A DNA stretch of 64,000 nt, from positions 2,790,001 through 2,854,000 of the forward strand of contig NW_024704744.1 of the NCBI RefSeq assembly GCF_018977255.1. The letters run 5' to 3'. How positions within the stretch are numbered: position 1 is the first letter of the stretch; every line of letters starts with the position of its first letter. The translations under genes and the position numbers were made by a program. Under the pieces are notes generated by a model. That model saw only the letters and a program-made list of their open reading frames with translations. It did no database searches and was not told the origin of the DNA. This DNA is from Callorhinchus milii. Taxonomy: Eukaryota. Shown one piece after another: positions 12,616 through 25,260 of the stretch.

Positions 12616-12645
12616 NNNNNNNNNNNNNNNNNNNNNNNNNNNNNN
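12616..12645. other. Assembly gap (30 N) at the palindrome centre
   Basis: Run of N in the sequence. Confidence 1.
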
Positions 12646-13438
12646 GCAGCGGCTTGGCGCAATATGTTGGATGGTGAAATCATCGCCCGGTATTCCCTCT
12701 AAAATTAGAGCGTATCACCACTGAGTTACAGGACTCCTGTATAACAGGGTTCGACTGTGAAAACACGGTTGGTGAGTTAGTGACTAGAGGGCACCCATTT
12801 GAGATAGTTAGCAGGCAAGCACATGAGGAGGTTGTGAGGAATATTTTTCACACACAGAGAGTGGTTAGGATATGGAATGTGCTGCCAGGAACAGTGGTGG
12901 AGGCAAAATCCATATTAACTTTTAAAACAACAAATAACAACAAAATTACATTTATATAGCGACTTTCAAACGTAACCAGATGAGATGCTTAAAAAGCGGT
13001 AAAATAGAAGGGTATGTGGGGAAAGGGGAGGTAAACAGGGCTGAAAGGATTGTCATTAAAGGATTATTCACAGAAACCATGGGCTGAGTGGCCTTCTTCT
13101 GTGCCCTAAATTTAATAATAATCCTTGCATTTGATATAGCACCTTATCACGTTTTCAAGACATCTCAAAACGCTTCCACAGAATATTCTGTACAGTGAAT
13201 TATTTTGTGGGCGAAACGCGGCAGCCAATTGCGCACAGCAATGTCCCACAAACAGTCATTATTTCTAAGCATAATAAGTGACACGGAGAAGTAATGGAAT
13301 CCAAAGCTCATCAGATTAGTTTGGATGAAAAAGGCCCTTCAGCCCATCTGAATCGGCTTTCATTTATTACGATGCTGGGGGAAGATGTTCGAAGGGGCAG
13401 AAAGCCCTCTCTGGCTCTCTTAGGACATGAACCCTCAC

Positions 13439-13871
13439 CTTTCATCAGCGTCTCGATGTCCTCCAGCTCCTGTACTTTGACCCTCAGCCCATGCAGCTCC
13501 GTCACCAGTGGAGCCAGCTCCCTCGCCCTCTTCCCAGCCCCCTTCACCTCCTCCTCCGAAGCCTGGGCTGATTGCAGTCGCTGCTGGGAGGCCATGTACT
13601 CGCTCTCCAGCCTCTCCAGGTATTGCTGAAGCGAGCCTCGGGCGAAGAGTTCCTCCACTGCATGCGGGTCTGTGCTGAAGGCACGCAGTGAGCAGTTCCA
13701 CCCCATCGCCGCTCGCTTACTGCAAACAAGTAGACAAGGGCCACGTCTCGCCCTCTGGCAGAAAGTCCTCCTCACGTGCTCCAGGGGTGGCCTCGCAACC
13801 CCCTCCCACTGACAGAAGTGACTGCTGGTAACTCTCATCACTGCCGGGATAGTCTGTCTGAGAAACAGCAT
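13439..13871 (-). pseudogene. Truncated duplicate of mtrf1l first coding exon (copy B', promoter copy at ~16380-16660)
   Basis: Reverse complement of 11464-11896; faces copy B across the gap. Confidence 0.75.
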
Positions 13872-16800
13872 CTTCTCCTCCACACAAAGCCTTTTCCTGC
13901 TCACCGGAATCCCGAGGTTCAAATATCCATGTACGAGATTCTGCGAAGCAAACATAATAATTGAATTATAAAATAAAAGCAAGCATTGAATCGCAGGAAA
14001 TGGAAGTTCTTTTGCGCATCAGGCAATGGTTCAAGACTATGTTTCCCGCGATTCATTGCAGCTGGCCGGTAAGTGCACATGGTTGTGGAGTCCTGTAGCT
14101 CAGTGGTTAGAGCACTCGCTTTGCAAGTGAGAGACCTGAGTTCAATTCCAGTCAGGGCGAAACCTAGGGCAAGTTTCCTTACTCCACACAGAGCCTAATA
14201 ATAATCCCTCCAAAAAAACAAAATAATAATAAATTGGTCATTTTCAATCTACGACTGTTTGTGGGACATTGCTGTGCGCAATTGGCTGCCGCGTTCGCCC
14301 ACAAATATACAGTCAATTCACTTTACAGTGTGTTCTGTGAAGCGCTTTGGGACGTCCTCCCGACGTGAAAAGCGCTATATCAAATGCAAGGATTATTATT
14401 ATTATTATTATTATTATAATAATAATAATCCTTGCATTTGATATAGCGCCTCATCACATCGTCGAGACAGCGCAAAGCCCTTCACAGAATATACTGTAAA
14501 GTTGATTGACTGTATATTTTGTGGTAAAACACAGCAGCCAATTGCGCACAGCAGTGTCCCTCCCACAAACAGTCATGGATCCAGTGACCAATTTTTTTTT
14601 GGTTTTGGAGGGATTATTATCCCCGGAATGTGATCCGCCAATTGACTAACAACCGGGTTCCTACTTAGGTGAACACAGATGTGTGGCGTAAGGAAACTTG
14701 CCTAAGGTTTCGCACTGCCGGGAATCGAACCTGGGTCCTCTTGCTTGCAAGGCGAGCGCTCTAACCACTACACTACACTACAGGACTCCATGTCAAATGC
14801 TGCAGAACTTCAGAACTCGGGAGAGTCATAGAACCGTACGATATCCACAGCACTTTGAGACATATCGACAACGTGATAAGGCGCTATATCAAATGCAAGG
14901 ATTATTATTATTATCATTGTAATAAAAATAACAATCCTTGCATTTGATATAGCGCTTTTCACGTCGGGAGAGGACGTCCCAAAGCGCTTCACAGAACACA
15001 CTGTAAAGTGAATTGACTGTATATTTGTGGGCGAACGCTGCAGCCAATTGCGCACAGCAATGTCCCACAAACAGTCGTAGATTGAAAATGACCAATTTAT
15101 TATTGTTTTTGTTTTGGAGGGATTATTATTAGGCTCTGTGGGGAGTAAGGAAACTTGCCCAAGGTTTCGCCCTCTGCCTGGAATTGAACTCAGGTCTCTC
15201 GCTTGCAAAGCGAGTGCTCAAACCACTGAGCTACAGGACTCCACATTATAGCACAGGTGATGAAAAAAAACAATAAACTATTTTAAACATGAAGACACAC
15301 TTTGAGGACTTAAAAAGATTCGGGGTTACGAGACGATGAAACCAATAATATTATACCACAATGTACTGCACTGAAGTATTGGTGTATGTGTTGTGTGGTG
15401 TTTGAGACCGTGTGTTTGTACGCAGTTATGTGGATTTTCAGTCCATGTGTATCTCTGAGTGTGTGTGTGAGGGTGTACGGAATTCACTGCCGCATTTCAC
15501 CCACAAATATGCAGTCAATTCGCTTTAAGGTCTATTCTGCGAAGCGCGCTTTGAGTCGTCTCTGGAAGTCGTGAAAAGCGCTGTATCAAATGCAAGGATT
15601 ATTATTATTATTATTATTATTATTTATTACGTGCTTATGGTGGACATTTGGAGCCTGGGTACGGGGAGTTCTGTGGCTCAGCGGTTAAAGCACTCGCCTC
15701 ACCAGCGAAAGACCTGGGTTCGATTCCCGGGCGGGGCAAAATGTTGGGCAAGTCTCCTTACTCCGCGCACACGCCTCTGCTTACCCAGCAGTGAGCAGTG
15801 AAGTCAACTCACTTTACGGTATATCCTGCGAAGCGCTCGGAGACGCCTGGAAGCGGTGATCAGGCGCCGTGTCAGGGGGCGGAGTCACACTGGAGGGCTG
15901 AGGGGGCGGAGTCGCACTGGAGGGCTGAGGGGGCGGAGTCGCACTGGAGGGCTGAGGGGCGGAGTCTCACTGGAGGTCTGAGGGGGCGGAGTCACACTGG
16001 AGGGCTGAGGGGCGGGGTCACACTGGAGGGCTGAGGGGGCGGAGTCACACTGGAGGGCTGAGGGGGCGGAGTCACACTGGAGGGCTGAGGGGGCGGAGTC
16101 ACACTGGAGGGCTGAGGGGGCGGAGTCGCACTGGAGGCTGAGGGGGCGGAGTCACACTGGAGGGCTGAGGGGGCGGAGTCACACTGGAGGGCTGAGGGGG
16201 CGGAGTCACACGGGAGGCCTGAGGGGGCGGAGTCACACGGGAGGCCTGAGGGGGCGGAGTCACACGGGAGGCCTGAGGGGGCTGTTGGGGGGGATGTTGG
16301 GCGGTGTGAGCCGGTGGCAGAGCTCCCGCTGAAGCCCGCGGTGTGTGTGTGGGGGGGGGGGGGGGGGGGGGGGAGGGGGTGAGGGTCGCGGGTTGTTGTC
16401 GCTGAGCTTCAGCGTCACTCACCAACCGCCAGTTCGCCTGGTACCGCGCCTGCGTCACCCCCGCCTCGTTCCGGCGATTACCGCGCATGCGTCGGCTCTG
16501 GTTTTCCAGCCCGCCTAAACTGCGCACGCGTCCTGCTCTCCCGCTTGGCGCATAGGGCGCTTTCTCCTCCGCGCAGCCTTGTGGGTGCGCAGCGCCGCCA
16601 TTGCCCCTCGTGTCCAGCTGTTGGTATGTGGGTAACATTGGAATCCCACAGGTGTGACTCACCTGTACTTGTACTTATAATAATAATAATCCTCGCATTT
16701 GACATAGCGCTTTTCACGTCTTCTCGACGTCTCAAAGCGCTTCACAGAATATGCTGTAAAGCGAATTGACTGTATATTTGTGGGCGAACGCGGCAGCCAA

Positions 16801-19611
16801 TTGCGCACAGCAATGTCCCACATCCAACAGTCGTGGATTGAAAATGACCAATTTTTCGCTTGTAAGGCGAGCGCTCTAACCACTGAGCTACAGGACTCCC
16901 CGACCAGCATTTTATAATACAATAATCAATTGGCTGCACGTAGTCTGTAGCTCAGTGGTTAGAGCACTCGCTTTGCAGTGAGAGACCTGAGTTAATCCCC
17001 GCAGCGGGAAACCTTGGGCAAGTTTCCTTACTCCACAGAGCCTAATAATATCCCTCCAAACCCAAAAAACAATAAAAAATTGGTCTTTTTTAATCTACGA
17101 CTGTTTGTGGGACATTGCTGTGCGCAATTGGCTGCCGCGTTCGCCCACAAATATACAGTCAATTCGCTTTACAGCATATTCTGTGAAGCGCTTTGAGACG
17201 TCGAGAAGACGTGAAAAGCGCTATGTCAAATGCGAGGATTATTATTATTATAAGTACAAGTACAGGTGAGTCACACCTGTGGGATTCCAATGTTACCCAC
17301 ATACCAACAGCTGGACACGAGGGGCAATGGCGGCGCTGCGCACCCACAAGGCTGCGCGGCGGAGAAAGCGCCCTATGCGCCAAGCGGGGAGAGCAGGACG
17401 CGTGCGCAGTGTAGGCTGGGCTGGAAAACCAGAGCCGACGCATGCGCGGTAATCGCCGGAACGAGGCGGGGGTGACGCAGGCGCGGTACCAGGCGAACTG
17501 GCGGTTGGTGAGTGACGCTGAAGCTCAGCGACAACAACCCGCGACCCTCACCCCCTCCCCCCCCCCCCCCCACACACACACCGCGGGCTTCAGCGGGAGC
17601 CTCTGCCACCGGCTCACACCCCCAACATCCCCCCCCCAACAGCCCCCTCAGGCCTCCCGTGTGACTCCGCCCCTCAGGCCTCCCGTGTGACTCCGCCCCC
17701 CTCAGCCCTCCAGTGTGACTCCGCCCCTCAGCCTCCAGTGTGACTCCGCCCCTCAGCCCTCCATGACCCGCCCCCTCCAGTGTGACTCCGCCCCCTCAGC
17801 CCTCCAGTGTGACTCCGCCCCCTCAGCCCTCCAGTGTGACTCCGCCCCCCCTCCACCGCCCCTCAGCCCTCCAGTGTGACTCCGCCCCCTCAGCCCTCCA
17901 GTGTGACTCCGCCCCCCAGCCCTCAGTGACCCCCCCTCAGCCCTCCAGTGTGACTCCGCCCCCTCAGACCTCCCGTGTGACTCCGCCCCCTCAGCCCTCC
18001 AGTGCGACTCCGCCCCCTCAGCCCTCCAGTGCGACTCCGCCCCCTCAGCCCTCCAGTGTGACTCCGCCCCCTGACACGGCGCCTGATCACCGCTTCCAGG
18101 CGTCTCCGAGCGCTTCGCAGGATATACCGTAAAGTGAGTTGACTTCACTGCTCACTGCTGGGTAAGCAGAGGCGTGTGCGCGGAGTAAGGAGACTTGCCC
18201 AACATTTTGCCCTGCCCGGGAATCGAACCCAGGTCTTTCGCTGGTGAGGCGAGTGCTTTAACCGCTGAGCCACAGAACTCCCCGTACCCAGGCTCCAAAT
18301 GTCCACCATAAGCACGTAATAAATAATAATAATAATAATAATAATAATCCTTGCATTTGATACAGCGCTTTTCACGACTTCCAGAGACGACTCAAAGCGC
18401 TTCGCAGAATAGACCTTTTTAGCGAATTGACTGTATATTTGTGGGTGAAATGCGGCAGTGAATTCCGTACACCCTCACACACACACTCATAGATACACAT
18501 GGACTGAAATCCACATAACTGCGTACAAACACACGGTCTCAAACACCACACAACACATACACCAATACTTCAATGCAGTATATTGTGGTATAATATTATT
18601 GGTTTCATCGTCTCGTAACCCTGAATCTTTTTAAGTCCTCAAAGTGTGTCTTCATGTTTAAAATAGTTTATTGTTTTTTTTCATCACCTGTGCTATAATG
18701 TGGAGTCCTGTAGCTCAGTGGTTAGAGCACTCGCTTTGCAAGTGAGAGACCTGAGTTCAATTCCAGGCAGAGGGCGAAACCTTGGGCAAGTTTCCTTACT
18801 CCACACAGAGCCTAATAATAATCCCTCCAAAACAAAAACTATAATAAATTGGTCATTTTCAATCTACGACTGTTTGTGGGACATTGCTGTGCGCAATTGG
18901 CTGCCGCGTTCGCCCACAAATATACAGTCAATTCACTTTACAGTGTGTTCTGTGAAGCGCTTTGGGACGTCCTCCCGACGTGAAAAGCGCTATATCAAAT
19001 GCAAGGATTATTATTATTATTACAATGATAATAATAATAATCCTTGCATTTGATATAGCGCCTTATCACGTTGTCGATATGTCTCAAAGTGCTGTGGATA
19101 TCGTACGGTTCTATGACTCTCCCGAGTTCTGAAGTTCTGCAGCATTTACATGGAGTCCTGTAGTGTAGTGTAGTGGTTAGAGCGCTCGCCTTGCAAGCAA
19201 GAGGACCCAGGTTCGATTCCCGGCAGTGCGAAACCTTAGGCAAGTTTCCTTACGCCACACATCTGTGTTCACCTAAGTAGGAACCCGGTTGTTAGTCAAT
19301 TGGCGGATCACATTCCGGGGATAATAATCCCTCCAAAACCAAAAAAAAATTGGTCACTGGATCCATGACTGTTTGTGGGAGGGACACTGCTGTGCGCAAT
19401 TGGCTGCTGTGTTTTACCCACAAAATATACAGTCAATCAACTTTACAGTATATTCTGTGAAGGGCTTTGCGCTGTCTCGACGATGTGATAAGGCGCTATA
19501 TCAAATGCAAGGATTATTATTATTATTATGTTTGCTTCGCAGAATCTCGTACATGGATATTTGAACCTCGGGATTCTGGTGAGCAGGAAAAGGCTTTGTG
19601 TGGAGGAGAAG

Positions 19612-21217
19612 ATGCTGTTTCTCAGACAGACTATCCCGGCAGTGATGAGAGTTACCAGCAGTCACTTCTGTCAGTGGGAGGGGGTTGCGAGGCCACCCCT
19701 GGAGCACGTGAGGAGGACTTTCTGCCAGAGGGCGAGACGTGGCCCTTGTCTACTTGTTTGCAGTAAGCGAGCGGCGATGGGGTGGAACTGCTCACTGCGT
19801 GCCTTCAGCACAGACCCGCATGCAGTGGAGGAACTCTTCGCCCGAGGCTCGCTTCAGCAATACCTGGAGAGGCTGGAGAGCGAGTACATGGCCTCCCAGC
19901 AGCGACTGCAATCAGCCCAGGCTTCGGAGGAGGAGGTGAAGGGGGCTGGGAAGAGGGCGAGGGAGCTGGCTCCACTGGTGACGGAGCTGCATGGGCTGAG
20001 GGTCAAAGTACAGGAGCTGGAGGACATCGAGACGCTGATGAAAGGTGAGGGTTCATGTCCTAAGAGCCAGAGAGGGCTTTCTGCCCCTTCGAACATCTTC
20101 CCCCAGCATCGTAATAAATGAAAGCCGATTCAGATGGGCTGAAGGGCCTTTTTCATCCAAACTAATCTGATGAGCTTTGGATTCCATTACTTCTCCGTGT
20201 CACTTATTATGCTTAGAAATAATGACTGTTTGTGGGACATTGCTGTGCGCAATTGGCTGCCGCGTTTCGCCCACAAAATAATTCACTGTACAGAATATTC
20301 TGTGGAAGCGTTTTGAGATGTCTTGAAAACGTGATAAGGTGCTATATCAAATGCAAGGATTATTATTAAATTTAGGGCACAGAAGAAGGCCACTCAGCCC
20401 ATGGTTTCTGTGAATAATCCTTTAATGACAATCCTTTCAGCCCTGTTTACCTCCCCTTTCCCCACATACCCTTCTATTTTACCGCTTTTTAAGCATCTCA
20501 TCTGGTTACGTTTGAAAGTCGCTATATAAATGTAATTTTGTTGTTATTTGTTGTTTTAAAAGTTAATATGGATTTTGCCTCCACCACTGTTCCTGGCAGC
20601 ACATTCCATATCCTAACCACTCTCTGTGTGTGAAAAATATTCCTCACAAGCTCCTCATTTGCTTGCCTGCTAACTATCTCAAATGGGTGCCCTCTAGTCA
20701 CTAACTCACCAACCGTGTTTTCACAGTCGAACCCTGTTATACAGGAGTCCTGTAACTCAGTGGTTAGAGCACTCGCCTCGCAAGTGAGAGGACGCGGGTT
20801 CGATTCCCAGGCGGGGCGAAACCTTAGGCAAGTTCCCTTACTCCACACGCCTCTGTTTACCTAACAGTAAATAGGAATACGTTTGTTAGTTGATTGGCGG
20901 ATCGCTTTCCAGGGGTAATAACTCCTCTCCCAAACCAATTTGGTCACTCAATCCATGACTATTTGTGGGACACTGCGGTGCGCAATTGGCTGCCGATTTT
21001 CACCCACAAAACATACACTTTACAATATATTCTGTGAAACTCTTTGAGACATCTCAATGATGATTATTATTATTATATAATGCTGATGTACACGAATAAG
21101 ATACAAATGGGGCTAATATCTCATCCCTTTGCTACAGATGAAGATGCAGACCTGAGGAAACTGGCAGAGAGTGACTGGAATTCCTGTCAGGAAGACATCC
21201 GAGCTTTGAAGCACAAG
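19612..21217 (+). pseudogene. Truncated duplicate of mtrf1l (copy A'): coding exon 1 at 19612-20044 and exon 2 at 21138-21217, promoter copy at ~17270-17550
   Basis: Mirror of 5778-4173. Homology ends at 21708, so exons 3 onward are absent in this orientation. Confidence 0.78.
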
Positions 21218-21708
21218 GTATTTACTGGCTGCTCTGCATTAATCATCATACTGCATGTCACATTGGTTCCTCTCCTGAGTGGTCATTGATGTGGGAATTT
21301 GACTGAGATACAGTGACAGACTTAGCCACTGATGTCACAGATGACAGTATCGACGGACAGTGACAGAGAACTATCGACATACATGGCTGCACAATTTGAA
21401 AAATCTGCTCTCCACACTTCCCAGTTCCTCCCCCCACATGCTGCACACCATCCAGAGCTCTGCAGCCCGAATCCTCTCGCCCACTAGGCTCCATGAGCCT
21501 ATCAACTCCATCCTCGCCCGGCTCCACTGGTTCTCCCTCCCCCAACAGATCAAATTCAAGATCGTCTGCCTTGCTTTCAAATCCCTCCACGGCCTCAACT
21601 CCACCCAAGCTCTGTGACCTTGTGTATCCCTCCCACCCCAGCCCCTCTCTCCATTTAGCTAACACTGGCTTGCTTCATGTACCCCGTTCTATCCGCCCAA
21701 CCATTGTT

Positions 21709-23670
21709 TCCACCACAACCCGACTCCTCCGTCCCCCCCGCCACCCCGCGCAGGTCATCTCCTCCAACCTTCACTGCGAGGAGATGCTGGATTTCCTTGA
21801 ATCCAAGATCAAGGGAATCCGCTGCGCGGTCACTTCCCCTCCAACTTCCACCCACCACCCACCCCTTCCCTCCCACACTCCGACTCCTACCCATCCTCCC
21901 CTACACACCTTCGTACCCGTTTCCCCACCCTCTGTCACTGAACTCATCCAATCCCTAAAACCAACCACCTGCTCCCTTGACCCCATCCCCACTCCACTCC
22001 TTATCTCCCAGCTCCACTTTCTTGCCCCACATATCACTGACATCATCAACCTGTCCCTCTCCTCTGGCTCTGTCCCCATTCCATTAAAAACTGCCATCAT
22101 CACGCCCACCCTGAAAAAACCCTCCCTTGATGCGTCGCAGCTATCAAGCTACCGGCCCATCTCCAACCTCCCCTTTCTCTCCAAGGTCTTGGAAAGAGTT
22201 GTCGCCTCCCAACTGCGCTCTTTCCTTTCCACCCATTCTCTTTTCGAACCCCTTCAGTCAGGTTTCCGTGCTGCCCATAGCACAGAAACTGCCCTGGTCA
22301 AGGTCACCAATGATATCCTGACCATCTGTGACCAGGGCTCCCTCTGTCTCCTCGTCCTCCTCGACCTATCGGCAGCATTCGATACGGTCGACCACGCTAT
22401 CCTACTCCACCGCTTGTCCTCCCACCTCAACCTTCAAGGCACTGTCCTTGAATGGTTTAGGTCGTACCTTTCTCACCGTCTTCACTTTGTCTCGACGAAT
22501 GGCTTCTCCTCCACCCCCCGCACTGTCTCATGTGGTGTCCCTCAGGGCTCTGTCCTCGGTCCCCTCCTCTTCACCCTCTATATGCTCCCCCTTGGTGACA
22601 TCATCCGCAGACATGGAGTTAACTTCCACATGTATGCGGATGACACCCAACTCTACCTTTCCTCCTCTACTCTCAACTCCACGACCACCGATGTCCTGAC
22701 AGCTGCCTGTCCGACATCGAGTCCTGGACGAGAGACAACTTTCTTCAGCTCAACGTGCGAAAAACCGAGGCCCTCCTGATTGGCTCACGTCAGCGCCTCC
22801 GCACCTCAGGCGCTGACACCATCAGCATCCAAGGCTGCACTCTCCACCTCTCAAAGCCAGTCAGGAACCTCGGCGTTTTGTTCGACCCTGAGCTGTCCTT
22901 TCTCCCTCACATCCGCACCACAACTGGCACCGCCTTCCATCACCTCCGGAACATCGCCAGACTACGGCACTACCTCACCCCTCACGCTGCTGAAACCCTG
23001 GTCCACGCCTTTGTCACCTCAAGGCTGGACTATGGGAACTCTCTCCTCGCCGGCCTTCCCGCCACCTCCCTCCACAAGCTGCAGGTCATTCAGAACTCTG
23101 CAGCTCGTGTACTGTCCCGCACCAGGCTTCGGGACCACATCACTCCCACCCTCGCTCGCCTCCACTGGCTCCCCATCCCCCAGAGGATTGATTTCAAGAT
23201 CCTCATCCTCACCTACAAGGCCATTCACGGCCTTGCTCCCTCCTACCTCTCCAACCTACTATCCCCCTACCTACCTGCCCGTACCCTCCGTTCCTCTGGC
23301 TCCGGTCTGCTCCACGTCCCCCGCCCCAACCGCCCTACCATCGGTGGTCGGGCCTTCAGCCTCTCAGCCCCGAGGCTCTGGAACTCCATCCCCCAGTGCC
23401 TTCGCCGCTTCCTCCCTTTCCTCCTTCAAGGCCGGTCTCAAAACCTTTCTCTTTGACCGAGCCTTCAGCTCCCCTCTCGACTCTCTTCCCCCTCCTCGCT
23501 CCCTCCCTTCCCTCCCCTCACCCTGACCATTTCCCCCCTCCTCGCTCCCTCCCTTCCCTCCCCTCACCCTGACCATTTCCCACCTGTCATGACCCAACTG
23601 TGCAGCGCCTTGGGACGTCCTCCTGACGTGAAAGGCGCTCTATAAATGTAATTTTGTTGTTGTTGTTGTA
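21709..23670 (+). mobile_element. 5'-truncated young L2-clade LINE with reverse transcriptase domain
   Basis: [39 protein letters not shown] and [10 protein letters not shown] motifs. A -1 frameshift near 22702 joins ORFs 21493..22779 and 22755..23456. The 3' tail is ggcgctctataaatgtaat(ttg)n. Confidence 0.92.
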
Positions 23671-24479
23671 TTTTTCAAAGGTTTTGAACAATAAGTAAAT
23701 AAATAGGTACAAGGTCAAGTCAGTTGCTGTCTGTGTGACTTGTGTACAATATTAATAATAATAATCCTTGCATTTGTTATTGCGCTTTTCATGTCTTCTC
23801 GACGTCTCAAAGCGCTTCACAGAATATCCTGTAAAGCAGATTGACTGTATATTTGTGTGGGCGAAACTGTAGCCAATTGCGCACAGCAATGTCCCACAAA
23901 CAGCCGTGGAGTGAGTGACCAATTTTATTTGGGGGATTGTTGGCCAGGACACCGAGAGAGAGAAACTCCCTTTTCTTTCCGAATTATGCTGTGGGATCTT
24001 GTACTGTATTGTACACGGTTGGATCTAAGCCCCGGTTTATAATAATAATAATAATAATCTTTGCATTTGATATAGGGCATTATCACGTCTTCGAGATGTC
24101 TCAAAGCGCTTCCAATATATTGTAAAGTGAATTGACTGTGTATTTTGTGGCCAAAGTGTGGCAGCCAATTGCACACAACAGTGTCCCACAAACAGTCGCG
24201 GGATTGAGTGACCAAATTATTATTACATTTTGAAAAATTGGTGTGGGAGATTATTATCCCCAGGAAGCCATCTGCCAGTCGACTAACAATCCGGTTCCTA
24301 CTTACTATGGGGTAAACAGAGGCGTGTGGAGTAACAAAACTTACCAAAGGTTTCGCTGTGCCCGGGAATCAAACACGGGTCCTTTCGCTTGCGAGGCAAG
24401 GGCTCTAACCACCACACTACGCTACGGGACTCCACACTAGGAGAGTAATTACCAGTGCGCAGAGTGACAGGAACCTCGC

Positions 24480-25260
24480 TGTAAAACAACAACAACTTGG
24501 ATTTATATAGTGCCATCCACGCCGGACGGTGTCTCAGAGCACTTTACAGTAACGGATCCCGGGGCTGAGCAAAAGGGGAGGGGGAGAAGCCAGAGGGATG
24601 GGGAGGAGCCAGGGGGAGGGAGGAGAAAGTGACCAAAGGCGCGGTCGAAAAGAATGGTCTTCAGCAGAGACCTGAAAATGGGAAGGGAGGGAGCGAACGA
24701 AGGGAGTGAGGAAGGGAGTTCCAGAGCCTCGGGCATAGTGGCTGAAGGCACGGCCACTGAGGGTGGAACGGAGGACTCGGGGGACGAGGAGGAGGCCAGA
24801 CCTGGAGGAACGAAGGTAATGGGTACTGTTTGGCGAAGAGAGGAGGTTAGAGAGGTCGGGGGGTGCAGAGGAGTGGAGGGATTTGAATACAAGGGTGAGG
24901 ATCTTGAAGTCGATCCTCTCTGGGACAGGCAGTCAGTGCAGTCTGGCCAGGACTGGGGGGGTCGGGGAGTGGAGTTTCGTGCGGGTGAGAATGCGGGCGG
25001 CAGAGTTTTGAATGATTTGGATTTTATGGATGGTAGTGGATGGGAGACCGGCGAGGTGGAAGAAAGCGGTGCTGGTGAGGGACCGGATGTGGGGGAGGAA
25101 GGATAATTGGGTGACGAACCTGACGCCTAGGTTGCGTACGGGTTCGGAGAGTTTTAGGGGGAGGTCGGGAAGGTGGAGGAGGTGAGAGCCGTGAGATTTT
25201 AAACGTTGATGAGAGCCGAAGAGTAAAACACAGTGAGTGGCAGAGCCATCGTTCCCAGTC
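24480..25260 (-). mobile_element. L2 LINE 3' fragment (older subfamily)
   Basis: Reverse-complement similarity to the L2 ORF2 C terminus and 3' UTR, with a (ttg)n tail at ~24483-24500. Confidence 0.7.

Larger units (their letters stand above)
3682..21708. repeat. ~18 kb palindrome: arms 3682-12615 and 12718-21708, with an inner inverted repeat centred near 8415 (mirrored near 16930)
   Basis: Mirror ORFs pair with constant coordinate sums (5269+20121, 4101+21289 and 3725+21665 = 25390; 11371+13964 = 25335). Similarity ends at aacaatgg 3682 / ccattgtt 21708. Confidence 0.95.

Noticed and set aside
5826-19564. Numerous 60-130 aa ORFs with WDIAVRNWLP, AVQLAAAF or poly-I/poly-N/poly-Y tracts
   Set aside because: They are translations of the SINE and its (tta)n tail in different frames.
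21493-23456. Autonomous active LINE
   Set aside because: It lacks ORF1 and the endonuclease domain and has frameshifts.
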